Below are positions 9,736-24,700 of a stretch of DNA of 64,000 nt, in pieces; positions within the stretch are counted from its first letter, which is position 1, and each line of letters opens with the position of its first letter. A program made the position numbers and the translations under genes. The notes beneath the pieces were generated by a model. It did no database searches, was not told the DNA's origin, and saw only the letters and a list, made by a program, of their open reading frames with translations. Location of the stretch: positions 64,794-128,793 of the forward strand of contig JAUCBJ010002777.1 of NCBI GenBank assembly GCA_032718475.1. Direction: 5' to 3'. Source of the stretch: Nemertoderma westbladi (Eukaryota; Animalia; Xenacoelomorpha).

Positions 9736-12700
9736 CACTTTACATTGCCCCCACTTCGAGGCTTTATTTGCACTCACACAGACACTTTACACTGCCCCCA
9801 CTTCGAGGCTTTATTTGCACTCCCACAGACACTTTACACTGCCCCCACTTCGAGGCTTTATTTGCACTCACACAGATACTTTATACTGCCCCCACTTCGA
9901 GGCTTTATTTGCACTCACCCAGACACTTTACACTGCCCCCACTTCGAGGCTTTATTTGCACTCACACAGACACTTTACACTGCCCCCACTTCGAGGCTTT
10001 ATTTGCACTCACACAGACACTTTACACTGCCCCCACTTCGAGGCTTTATTTGCACTCACACAGACACTTTACACTGCCCAAACTTCGAGGCTTTATTTGC
10101 ACTTGTACAGATACTTTACACTGCCCCCACTTCGAGGCTTTATTTGCACTCACACAGATACTTTACACTGCCCCCACTTCGAGGCTTTATTTGCACTCCC
10201 ACAGACACTTTACACTGCCCCCACTTCGAGGCTTTATTTGCACTCACACAGATACTTTATACTGCCCCCACTTCGAGGCTTTATTTGCACTCACACAGAC
10301 ACTTTACACTGCCCACACTTCGAGGCTTTATTTGCACTCACACAGACACTTTACACTGCCCCCACTTCGAGGCTTTATTTGCACTCCCACAGACACTTTA
10401 CACTGCCCCCACTTCGAGGCTTTATTTGCACTCACACAGATACTTTATACTGCCCCCACTTCGAGGCTTTATTTGCACTCACACAGATACTTTACACTGC
10501 CCCCACTTCGAGACTTTATTTGCACTCACACAGACACTTTACACTGCCCCCACTTCGAGGCTTTATTTGCACTCACACAGACACTTTACACTGCCCAAAC
10601 TTCGAGGCTTTATTTGCACTTGTACAGATACTTTACACTGCCCCCACTTCGAGGCTTTATTTGCACTCACACAGATACTTTACACTGCCCCCACTTCGAG
10701 GCTTTATTTGCACTCCCACAGACACTTTACACTGCCCCCACTTCGAGGCTTTATTTGCACTCACACAGATACTTTATACTGCCCCCACTTCGAGGCTTTA
10801 TTTGCACTCACACAGATACTTTACACTGCCCCCACTTCGAGACTTTATTTGCACTCACACAGACACTTTACACTGCCCCCACTTCGAGGCTTTATTTGCA
10901 CTCACACAGATACTTTATACTGCCCCCACTTCGAGGCTTTATTTGCACTCACACAGATACTTTACACTGCCCCCACTTCGAGACTTTATTTGCACTCACA
11001 CAGACACTTTACACTGCCCCCACTTCGAGGCTTTATTTGCACTCACACAGACACTTTACACTGCCCCCACTTCGAGGCTTTATTTGCACTCACACAGACA
11101 CTTTACACTGCCCAAACTTCGAGGCTTTATTTGCACTTGTACAGATACTTTACACTGCCCCCACTTCGAGGCTTTATTTGCACTCACACAGACACTTTAC
11201 ACTGCCCCCACTTCGAGGCTTTATTTGCACTCACACAGACACTTTACACTGCCCCCACTTCGAGGCTTTATTTGCACTTACACAAACACTTTACACTGCC
11301 CCCACTTCGAGGCTTTATTGGCACTCACACAGATACTTTACACTGCCCCCACTTCGAGGCTTTATTTGCACTCACACAGATACTTCACACTGCCCCCACT
11401 TCGTGGCTTTATTTGCACTCACACAGATACTTTACACTGCCCCCACTTCGTGGCTTTATTTGCACTCACACAGATACTTTACACTGCCCCCACTTCGAGG
11501 CTTTATTTGCACTCACACAGATACTTTACACTGCCCCCACTTCGAGGCTTTATTTACACTCACACAGATACTTTACACTGCCCCCCACTTCGAGGCTTTA
11601 CTTGCACTCACACAGATATTTTACACGAACCCCCTTCGATCGAGGCTTTATTTGCACTCACACAGATACTTTACACTGCCCCCACTTCGTGGCTTTATTT
11701 GCACTCACACAGATACTTTACACTGCCCCCACTTCGAGGCTTTATTTGCACTCACACAGATACTTTACACTGCCCCCACTTCGTGGCTTTATTTGCACTC
11801 ACACAGATACTTTACACTGCCCCCACTTCGAGGCTTTATTTGCACTCACACAGATACTTTACACTGCCCCCACTTCGAGGCTTTATTTGCACTCACACAG
11901 ATACTTTACACTGCCCCCACTTCGAGGCTTTATTTACACTCACACAGATACTTTACACTGCCCCCCACTTCGAGGCTTTATTTGCACTCACACAGATACT
12001 TTACACTGCCCCCACTTCGAGGCTTTATTTACACTCACACAGATACTTTACACTGCCCCCCACTTCGAGGCTTTATTTGCACTCACACAGATACTTTACA
12101 CGAACCCCCTTCGATCGAGGCTTTATTTGCACTCACACAGATACTTTACACTGCCCCCACTTCGAGACTTTATTTGCACTCACACAGATACTTTACACTG
12201 CCCCCACTTCGTGGCTTTATTTGCACTCACACAGATACTTTACACTGCCCCCACTTCGAGACTTTATTTGCACTCACACAGATACTTTACACTGCCCCCA
12301 CTTCGTGGCTTTATTTGCACTCACACAGATACTTTACACTGCCCCCACTTCGAGGCTTTATTGGCACTGACACAGATACTTTACACTGCCCCCACTTCGA
12401 GGCTTTATTTGCACTCCCACAGATACTTTACACTGCCCCCACTTCGAGACTTTATTTGCACTCACACAGATACTTTACTCTGCCCCCACTTCGAGGCTTT
12501 ATTTGCACTCACACAGATACTTTACACTGCCCCCACTTCGAGACTTTATTTGCACTCACACAGATACTTTACACTGCCCCCACTTCGAGACTTTATTTGC
12601 ACTCACACAGATACTTTACACTGCCCCCACTTCGAGGCTTTATTTGCACTCACACAGATACTTTACACTGCCCCCACTTCGAGGCTTTATTTGCACTCAC

Positions 12701-15700
12701 ACAGATACTTTACACTGCCCCCACTTCGAGGCTTTATTTGCACTCACACAGATACTTTACACTGCCCCCCACTTCGAGGCTTTATTTGCACTCACACAGA
12801 TACTTTACACTGCCCCCACTTCGAGGCTTTATTTGCACTCACACAGATACTTTACACGAACCCCCTTCGATCGAGGCTTTATTTGCACTCACACAGATAC
12901 TTTACACTGCCCTCACTTCGAGGCTTTATTTGCACTCACACAGATACTTTACACGAACCCCCTTCGATCGAGGCTTTATTTGCACTCACACAGATACTTT
13001 ACACTGCCCCCACTTCGAGGCTTTATTTGCACTCACACAGATACTTTACACTGCCCCCACTTCGAGGCTTTATTTGCACTCACACAGATACTTTACACGA
13101 ACCCCCTTCGATCGAGGCTTTATTTGCACTCACACAGATACTTTACACTGCCCCCACTTCGAGGCTTTATTTGCACTCACACAGATACTTTACACTGCCC
13201 CCACTTCGAGGCTTTATTTACACTCACACAGATACTTTACACGAACCCCCTTCGATCGAGGCTTTATTTGCACTCACACAGATACTTTACACTGCCCCCA
13301 CTTCGAGGCTTTATTTGCACTCACACAGATACTTTACACTGCCCCCACTTCGAGACTTTATTTGCACTCACACAGATACTTTACACTGCCCCCACTTCGA
13401 GGCTTTATTTACACTCACACAGATACTTTACACGAACCCCCTTCGATCGAGGCTTTATTTGCACTCACACAGATACTTTACACTGCCCCCACTTCGAGGC
13501 TTTATTTGCACTCACACAGATACTTTACACTGCCCCCACTTCGAGGCTTTATTTACACTCACACAGATACTTTACACGAACCCCCTTCGATCGAGGCTTT
13601 ATTTGCACTCACACAGATACTTTACACGAACCCCCTTCGATCGAGGCTTTATTTGCACTCACACAGATACTTTACACTGCCCCCACTTCGAGACTTTATT
13701 TGCACTCACACAGATACTTTACACGAACCCCCTTCGATCGAGGCTTTATTTGCACTCACACAGATACTTTACACTGCCCCCCACTTCGAGGCTTTATTTG
13801 CACTCACACAGATACTTTACACGAACCCCCTTCGATCGAGGCTTTATTTACACTCACACAGATACTTTACACTGCCCCCACTTCGAGACTTTATTTGCAC
13901 TCACACAGATACTTTACACGAACCCCCTTCGATCGAGGCTTTATTTACACTCACACAGATACTTTACACTGCCCCCACTTCGAGACTTTATTTGCACTCA
14001 CACAGATACTTTACACGAACCCCCTTCGATCGAGGCTTTATTTGCACTCACACAGATACTTTACACTGCCCCCACTTCGAGACTTTATTTGCACTCACAC
14101 AGATACTTTACACGAACCCCCTTCGATCGAGGCTTTATTTACACTCACACAGATACTTTACACTGCCCCCACTTCGAGACTTTATTTGCACTCACACAGA
14201 TACTTTACACGAACCCCCTTCGATCGAGGCTTTATTTACACTCACACAGATACTTTACACTGCCCCCACTTCGAGACTTTATTTGCACTCACACAGATAC
14301 TTTACACGAACCCCCTTCGATCGAGGCTTTATTTGCACTCACACAGATACTTTACACGAACCCCCTTCGATCGAGGCTTTATTTGCACTCACACAGATAC
14401 TTTACACGAACCCCCTTCGATCGAGGCTTTATTTGCACTCACACAGATACTTTACACTGCCCCCCACTTCGAGGCTTTATTTGCACTCACACAGATACTT
14501 TACACGAACCCCCTTCGATCGAGGCTTTATTTGCACTCACACAGATACTTTACACTGCCCCCACTTCGAGGCTTTATTTGCACTCACACAGATACTTTAC
14601 ACTGCCCCCACTTCGAGGCTTTATTTGCACTCACACAGATACTTTACACGAACCCCCTTCGATCGAGGCTTTATTTGCACTCACACAGATACTTTACACG
14701 AACCCCCTTCGATCGAGGCTTTATTTGCACTCACACAGATACTTTACACTGCCCCCCACTTCGAGGCTTTATTTGCACTCACACAGATACTTTCCCTTTC
14801 CCCACTTCGAGGCTTTATTTGCACTCACACAGATACTTTACACTGCCCCCACTTCGAGGCTTTATTTGCACTCACACAGATACTTTACACTGCCCCCACT
14901 TCGAGGCTTTATTTGCACTCACACAGATACTTTCCCTTTCCCCACTTCGAGGCTTTATTTGCACTCACACAGATACTTTACACTGCCCCCACTTCGAGGC
15001 TTTATTTGCACTCACACAGATACTTTCCCTTTCCCCACTTCGAGGCTTTATTTGCACTCACACAGATACTTTACACTGCCCCCACTTCGAGGCGTTATTT
15101 GCACTCACACAGATACTTTCCCTTTCCCCACTTCGAGGCTTTATTTGCACTCACACAGATACTTTACACTGCCCCCACTTCGAGGCTTTATTTGCACTCA
15201 CACAGATACTTTCCCTTTCCCCACTTCGAGGCTTTATTTGCACTCACACAGATACTTTACACTGCCCCCACTTCGAGGCTTTATTTGCACTCACACAGAT
15301 ACTTTACACTGCCCCCACTTCGAGGCTTTATTTGCACTCACACAGATACTTTCCCTTTCCCCACTTCGAGGCTTTATTTGCACTCACACAGATACTTTAC
15401 ACTGCCCCCACTTCGAGGCTTTATTTGCACTCACACAGATACTTTCCCTTTCCCCACTTCGAGGCTTTATTTGCACTCACACAGATACTTTACACTGCCC
15501 CCACTTCGAGGCTTTATTTGCACTCACACAGATACTTTACACTGCCCCCACTTCGAGGCTTTATTTGCACTCACACAGATACTTTACACGAACCCCCTTC
15601 GATCGAGGCTTTATTTGCACTCACACAGATACTTTACACGAACCCCCTTCGATCGAGGCTTTATTTGCACTCACACAGATACTTTACACGAACCCCCTTC

Positions 15701-18700
15701 GATCGAGGCTTTATTTGCACTCACACAGATACTTTACACGAACCCCCTTCGATCGAGGCTTTATTTGCACTCACACAGATACTTTACACGAACCCCCTTC
15801 GATCGAGGCTTTATTTACACTCACACAGATACTTTACACGAACCCCCTTCGATCGAGGCTTTATTTGCACTCACACAGATACTTTACACGAACCCCCTTC
15901 GATCGAGGCTTTATTTGCACTCACACAGATACTTTACACGAACCCCCTTCGATCGAGGCTTTATTTGCACTCACACAGATACTTTACACGAACCCCCTTC
16001 GATCGAGGCTTTATTTACACTCACACAGATACTTTACACGAACCCCCTTCGATCGAGGCTTTATTTGCACTCACACAGATACTTTACACGAACCCCCTTC
16101 GATCGAGGCTTTATTTGCACTCACACAGATACTTTACACTGCCCCCCACTTCGAGGCTTTATTTGCACTCACACAGATACTTTCCCTTTCCCCACTTCGA
16201 GGCTTTATTTGCACTCACACAGATACTTTACACTGCCCCCACTTCGAGGCTTTATTTGCACTCACACAGATACTTTACACTGCCCCCACTTCGAGGCTTT
16301 ATTTGCACTCACACAGATACTTTCCCTTTCCCCACTTCGAGGCTTTATTTGCACTCACACAGATACTTTACACTGCCCCCACTTCGAGGCTTTATTTGCA
16401 CTCACACAGATACTTTCCCTTTCCCCACTTCGAGGCTTTATTTGCACTCACACAGATACTTTACACTGCCCCCACTTCGAGGCTTTATTTGCACTCACAC
16501 AGATACTTTACACGAACCCCCTTCGATCGAGGCTTTATTTGCACTCACACAGATACTTTACACGAACCCCCTTCGATCGAGGCTTTATTTGCACTCACAC
16601 AGATACTTTACACTGCCCTCACTTCGAGGCTTTATTTGCACTCACACAGATACTTTACACGAACCCCCTTCGATCGAGACTTTATTTGCACTCACACAGA
16701 TACTTTACACGAACCCCCTTCGATCGAGGCTTTATTTGCACTCACACAGATACTTTACACGAACCCCCTTCGATCGAGGCTTTTTTTGCACTCACACAGA
16801 TACTTTACACGAACCCCCTTCGATCGAGGCTTTATTTGCACTCACACAGATACTTTACACTGCCCCCACTTCGAGACTTTATTTGCACTCACACAGATAC
16901 TTTACACGAACCCCCTTCGATCGAGGCTTTATTTGCACTCACACAGATACTTTACACGAACCCCCTTCGATCGAGGCTTTATTTGCACTCACACAGATAC
17001 TTTCCCTTTCCCCACTTCGAGGCTTTATTTGCACTCACACAGATACTTTACACTGCCCCCACTTCGAGGCTTTATTTGCACTCACACAGATACTTTACAC
17101 GAACCCCCTTCGATCGAGGCTTTATTTGCACTCACACAGATACTTTACACTGCCCCCCACTTCGAGGCTTTATTTGCACTCACACAGATACTTTACACGA
17201 ACCCCCTTCGATCGAGGCTTTATTTGCACTCACACAGATACTTTCCCTTTCCCCCACTTCGAGGCTTTATTTGCACTCACACAGATACTTTACACTGCCC
17301 CCACTTCGAGGCTTTATTTGCACTCACACAGATACTTTACACGAACCCCCTTCGATCGAGGCTTTATTTGCACTCACACAGATACTTTACACTGCCCCCA
17401 CTTCGAGGCTTTATTTGCACTCACACAGATACTTTACACGAACCCCCTTCGATCGAGGCTTTATTTGCACTCACACAGATACTTTACACGAACCCCCTTC
17501 GATCGAGGCTTTATTTGCACTCACACAGATACTTTACACGAACCCCCTTCGATCGAGGCTTTATTTGCACTCACACAGATACTTTACACTGCCCCCACTT
17601 CGAGGCTTTATTTGCACTCACACAGATACTTTACACTGCCCCCACTTCGTGGCTTTATTTGCACTCACACAGATACTTTACACTGCCCCCACTTCGAGAC
17701 TTTATTTGCACTCACACAGATACTTTACACTGCCCCCACTTCGAGGCTTTATTTGCACTCACACAGATACTTTACACTGAACCCCCTTCGATCGAGGCTT
17801 TATTTGCACTCACACAGATACTTTACACTGCCCCCACTTCGAGGCTTTATTTGCACTCACACAGATACTTTACACGAACCCCCTTCGATCGAGGCTTTAT
17901 TTGCACTCACACAGATACTTTACACTGCCCCCCACTTCGAGGCTTTATTTGCACTCACACAGATACTTTACACTGCCCCCCACTTCGAGGCTTTATTTGC
18001 ACTCACACAGATACTTTACACTGCCCCCACTTCGAGGCTTTATTTGCACTCACACAGATACTTTACACTGCCCCCCACTTCGAGGCTTTATTTGCACTCA
18101 CACAGATACTTTACACTGCCCCCACTTCGAGGCTTTATTTGCACTCACACAGATACTTTACACGAACCCCCTTCGATCGAGGCTTTATTTGCACTCACAC
18201 AGATACTTTACACTGCCCCCACTTCGAGACTTTATTTGCACTCACATAGATACTTTACACGAACCCCCTTCGATCGAGGCTTTATTTGCACTCACACAGA
18301 TACTTTACACTGCCCCCACTTCGAGGCTTTATTTGCACTCACACAGATACTTTACACTGCCCCCACTTCGAGACTTTATTTGCACTCACACAGATACTTT
18401 ACACGAACCCCCTTCGATCGAGGCTTTATTTGCACTCACACAGATACTTTACACTGCCCCCACTTCGAGGCTTTATTTGCACTCACACAGATACTTTACA
18501 CTGCCCCCCACTTCGAGGCTTTATTTGCACTCACATAGATACTTTACACGAACCCCCTTCGATCGAGGCTTTATTTGCACTCACACAGATACTTTACACT
18601 GCCCCCACTTCGAGGCTTTATTTGCACTCACACAGATACTTTACACTGCCCCCCACTTCGAGGCTTTATTTGCACTCACATAGATACTTTACACGAACCC

Positions 18701-21700
18701 CCTTCGATCGAGGCTTTATTTGCACTCACACAGATACTTTACACTGCCCCCACTTCGAGGCTTTATTTGCACTCACACAGATACTTTACACTGCCCCAAC
18801 TTCGAGGCTTTATTTGCACTCACACAGATACTTTACACTGCCCCCAACTTCGAGGCTTTATTTGCACTCACACAGATACTTTACACTGCCCCCACTTCGA
18901 GGCTTTATTTGCACTCACATAGATACTTTACACGAACCCCCTTCGATCGAGGCTTTATTTGCACTCACACAGATACTTTACACTGCCCCCACTTCGAGGC
19001 TTTATTTGCACTCACACAGATACTTTACACTGCCCCCACTTCGAGGCTTTATTTGCACTCACACAGATACTTTACACGAACCCCCTTCGATCGAGGCTTT
19101 ATTTGCACTCACACAGATACTTTACACTGCCCCCACTTCGAGGCTTTATTTGCACTCACACAGATACTTTACACTGCCCCCACTTCGAGGCTTTATTTGC
19201 ACTCACACAGATACTTTACACGAACCCCCTTCGATCGAGGCTTTATTTGCACTCACATAGATACTTTACACTGCCCCAACTTCGAGGCTTTATTTGCACT
19301 CACACAGATACTTTACACTGCCCCCACTTCGAGGCTTTATTTGCACTCACACAGATACTTTACACTGCCCCCACTTCGAGGCTTTATTTGCACTCACACA
19401 GATACTTTACACTGCCCCAACTTCGAGGCTTTATTTGCACTCACACAGATACTTTACACTGCCCCCACTTCGAGGCTTTATTTGCACTCACACAGATACT
19501 TTACACTGCCCCCACTTCGAGGCTTTATTTGCACTCACACAGATACTTTACACTGCCCCAACTTCGAGGCTTTATTTGCACTCACACAGATACTTTACAC
19601 TGCCCCCACTTCGAGGCTTTATTTGCACTCACACAGATACTTTACACTGCCCCCACTTCGAGGCTTTATTTGCACTCACACAGATACTTTACACTGCCCC
19701 AACTTCGAGGCTTTATTTGCACTCACACAGATACTTTACACTGCCCCCACTTCGAGGCTTTATTTGCACTCACACAGATACTTTACACTGCCCCAACTTC
19801 GAGGCTTTATTTGCACTCACACAGATACTTTACACTGCCCCCACTTCGAGGCTTTATTTGCACTCACACAGATACTTTACACTGCCCCAACTTCGAGGCT
19901 TTATTTGCACTCACACAGATACTTTACACTGCCCCAACTTCGAGGCTTTATTTGCACTCACACAGATACTTTACACTGCCCCCACTTCGAGGCTTTATTT
20001 GCACTCACATAGATACTTTACACGAACCCCCTTCGATCGAGGCTTTATTTGCACTCACACAGATACTTTACACTGCCCCCACTTCGAGGCTTTATTTGCA
20101 CTCACACAGATACTTTACACTGCCCCCACTTCGAGGCTTTATTTGCACTCACACAGATACTTTACACGAACCCCCTTCGATCGAGGCTTTATTTGCACTC
20201 ACACAGATACTTTACACTGCCCCCACTTCGAGGCTTTATTTGCACTCACACAGATACTTTACACTGCCCCCACTTCGAGGCTTTATTTGCACTCACACAG
20301 ATACTTTACACTGCCCCCACTTCGAGGCTTTATTTGCACTCACACAGATACTTTACACTGCCCCCACTTCGAGGCTTTATTTGCACTCACACAGACACTT
20401 TACACGAACCCCCTTCGATCGAGGCTTTATTTGCACTCACACAGATACTTTACACTGCCCCCACTTCGAGGCTTTATTTGCACTCACACAGATACTTTAC
20501 ACGAACCCCCTTCGATCGAGGCTTTATTTGCACTCACACAGATACTTTACACTGCCCCCACTTCGAGGCTTTATTTGCACTCACACAGATACTTTACACT
20601 GCCCCCACTTCGAGGCTTTATTTGCACTCACACAGATACTTTACACGAACCCCCTTCGATCGAGGCTTTATTTGCACTCACACAGATACTTTACACTGCC
20701 CCCCACTTCGAGGCTTTATTTGCACTCACACAGATACTTTACACTGCCCCCACTTCGAGGCTTTATTTGCACTCACACAGATACTTTACACGAACCCCCT
20801 TCGATCGAGGCTTTATTTGCACTCACACAGATACTTTACACGAACCCCCTTCGATCGAGGCTTTATTTGCACTCACACAGATACTTTACACTGCCCCCAC
20901 TTCGAGGCTTTATTTGCACTCACACAGATACTTTACACTGCCCCAACTTCGAGGCTTTATTTGCACTCACACAGATACTTTACACTGCCCCAACTTCGAG
21001 GCTTTATTTGCACTCACACAGATACTTTACACTGCCCCAACTTCGAGGCTTTATTTGCACTCACACAGATACTTTACACTGCCCCCACTTCGAGGCTTTA
21101 TTTGCACTCACACAGATACTTTACACTGCCCCAACTTCGAGGCTTTATTTGCACTCACACAGATACTTTACACTGCCCCAACTTCGAGGCTTTATTTGCA
21201 CTCACACAGATACTTTACACTGCCCCAACTTCGAGGCTTTATTTGCACTCACACAGATACTTTACACTGCCCCAACTTCGAGGCTTTATTTGCACTCACA
21301 CAGATACTTTACACTGCCCCAACTTCGAGGCTTTATTTGCACTCACACAGATACTTTACACGAACCCCCTTCGATCGAGGCTTTATTTGCACTCACACAG
21401 ATACTTTACACGAACCCCCTTCGATCGAGGCTTTATTTGCACTCACACAGATACTTTACACGAACCCCCTTCGATCGAGGCTTTATTTGCACTCACACAG
21501 ATACTTTACACGAACCCCCTTCGATCGAGGCTTTATTTGCACTCACACAGATACTTTACACGAACCCCCTTCGATCGAGGCTTTATTTGCACTCACACAG
21601 ATACTTTACACTGCCCCCACTTCGAGGCTTTATTTGCACTCACACAGATACTTTACACTGCCCCAACTTCGAGGCTTTATTTGCACTCACACAGATACTT

Positions 21701-24700
21701 TACACTGCCCCAACTTCGAGGCTTTATTTGCACTCACACAGATACTTTACACGAACCCCCTTCGATCGAGGCTTTATTTGCACTCACACAGATACTTTAC
21801 ACGAACCCCCTTCGATCGAGGCTTTATTTGCACTCACACAGATACTTTACTCTGCCCCCCACTTCGAGGCTTTATTTGCACTCACACAGATACTTTACAC
21901 TGCCCCCACTTCGAGGCTTTATTTGCACTCACACAGATACTTTACACTGCCCCCACTTCGAGGCTTTATTTGCACTCACACAGATACTTTACACGAACCC
22001 CCTTCGATCGAGGCTTTATTTGCACTCACACAGATACTTTACACGAACCCCCTTCGATCGAGGCTTTATTTGCACTCACACAGATACTTTACTCTGCCCC
22101 CCACTTCGAGGCTTTATTTGCACTCACACAGATACTTTACACTGCCCCCACTTCGAGGCTTTATTTGCACTCACACAGATACTTTACACGAACCCCCTTC
22201 GATCGAGGCTTTATTTGCACTCACACAGATACTTTACACGAACCCCCTTCGATCGAGGCTTTATTTGCACTCACACAGATACTTTACACGAACCCCCTTC
22301 GATCGAGGCTTTATTTGCACTCACACAGATACTTTACTCTGCCCCCCACTTCGAGGCTTTATTTGCACTCACACAGATACTTTACACTGCCCCCACTTCG
22401 AGGCTTTATTTGCACTCACACAGATACTTTACACTGCCCCCACTTCGAGGCTTTATTTGCACTCACACAGATACTTTACACGAACCCCCTTCGATCGAGG
22501 CTTTATTTGCACTCACACAGATACTTTACACGAACCCCCTTCGATCGAGGCTTTATTTGCACTCACACAGATACTTTACTCTGCCCCCCACTTCGAGGCT
22601 TTATTTGCACTCACACAGATACTTTACACTGCCCCCACTTCGAGGCTTTATTTGCACTCACACAGATACTTTACACTGCCCCCACTTCGAGGCTTTATTT
22701 GCACTCACACAGATACTTTACACGAACCCCCTTCGATCGAGGCTTTATTTACACTCACACAGATACTTTACACGAACCCCCTTCGATCGAGGCTTTATTT
22801 GCACTCACACAGATACTTTACACTGCCCCCACTTCGATCGAGGCTTTATTTACACTCACACAGATACTTTACACTGCCCCCACTTCGAGGCTTTATTTGC
22901 ACTCACACAGATACTTTACACGAACCCCCTTCGATCGAGGCTTTATTTGCACTCACACAGATACTTTACACTGCCCCAACTTCGAGGCTTTATTTGCACT
23001 CACACAGATACTTTACACTGCCCCAACTTCGAGGCTTTATTTGCACTCACACAGATACTTTACACTGCCCCAACTTCGAGGCTTTATTTGCACTCACACA
23101 GATACTTTACACTGCCCCAACTTCGAGGCTTTATTTGCACTCACACAGATACTTTACACGAACCCCCTTCGATCGAGGCTTTATTTGCACTCACACAGAT
23201 ACTTTACACTGCCCCAACTTCGAGGCTTTATTTGCACTCACACAGATACTTTACACTGCCCCAACTTCGAGGCTTTATTTGCACTCACACAGATACTTTA
23301 CACTGCCCCAACTTCGAGGCTTTATTTGCACTCACACAGATACTTTACACTGCCCCAACTTCGAGGCTTTATTTGCACTCACACAGATACTTTACACTGC
23401 CCCAACTTCGAGGCTTTATTTGCACTCACACAGATACTTTACACTGCCCCAACTTCGAGGCTTTATTTGCACTCACACAGATACTTTACACTGCCCCAAC
23501 TTCGAGGCTTTATTTGCACTCACACAGATACTTTACACTGCCCCCACTTCGAGGCTTTATTTACACTCACACAGATACTTTACACTGCCCCCACTTCGAG
23601 GCTTTATTTACACTCACACAGATACTTTACACTGCCCCAACTTCGAGGCTTTATTTGCACTCACACAGATACTTTACACTGCCCCAACTTCGAGGCTTTA
23701 TTTGCACTCACACAGATACTTTACACTGCCCCCACTTCGAGGCTTTATTTACACTCACACAGATACTTTACACTGCCCCAACTTCGAGGCTTTATTTGCA
23801 CTCACACAGATACTTTACACTGCCCCAACTTCGAGGCTTTATTTGCACTCACACAGATACTTTACACTGCCCCAACTTCGAGGCTTTATTTGCACTCACA
23901 CAGATACTTTACACTGCCCCCACTTCGAGGCTTTATTTACACTCACACAGATACTTTACACTGCCCCAACTTCGAGGCTTTATTTGCACTCACACAGATA
24001 CTTTACACTGCCCCCACTTCGAGGCTTTATTTACACTCACACAGATACTCTACACGAACCCACTTCGATCGAGGCTTTATTTACACTCACACAGATACTT
24101 TACTCTGCCCCCCACTTCGAGGCTTTATTTGCACTCACACAGATACTTTACACGAACCCCCTTCGATCGAGGCTTTATTTACACTCACACAGATACTTTA
24201 CACGAACCCCCTTCGATCGAGGCTTTATTTGCACTCACACAGATACTTTACACGAACCCCCTTCGATCGAGGCTTTATTTGCACTCACACAGATACTTTA
24301 CTCTGCCCCCACTTCGAGGCTTTATTTGCACTCACACAGATACTTTACACGAACCCACTTCGATCGAGGCTTTATTTGCACTCACACAGATACTTTACTC
24401 TGCCCCCACTTCGAGGCTTTATTTGCACTCACACAGATACTTTACACTGCCCCCACTTCGAGGCTTTATTTGCACTCACACAGATACTTTACACTGCCCC
24501 CACTTCGAGGCTTTATTTGCACTCACACAGATACTTTACACGAACCCCCTTCGATCGAGGCTTTATTTGCACTCACACAGATACTTTACTCTGCCCCCAC
24601 TTCGAGGCTTTATTTGCACTCACACAGATACTTTACTCTGCCCCCACTTCGAGGCTTTATTTGCACTCACACAGATACTTTACACGAACCCCCTTCGATC

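Noticed and set aside
3291-9773. Long Pro/Ser/Arg-rich minus-strand ORFs and short plus-strand ORFs in array 1
   Set aside because: Same artefact: the 25/53-bp units are stop-free on the minus strand in all frames, with no frame preference.
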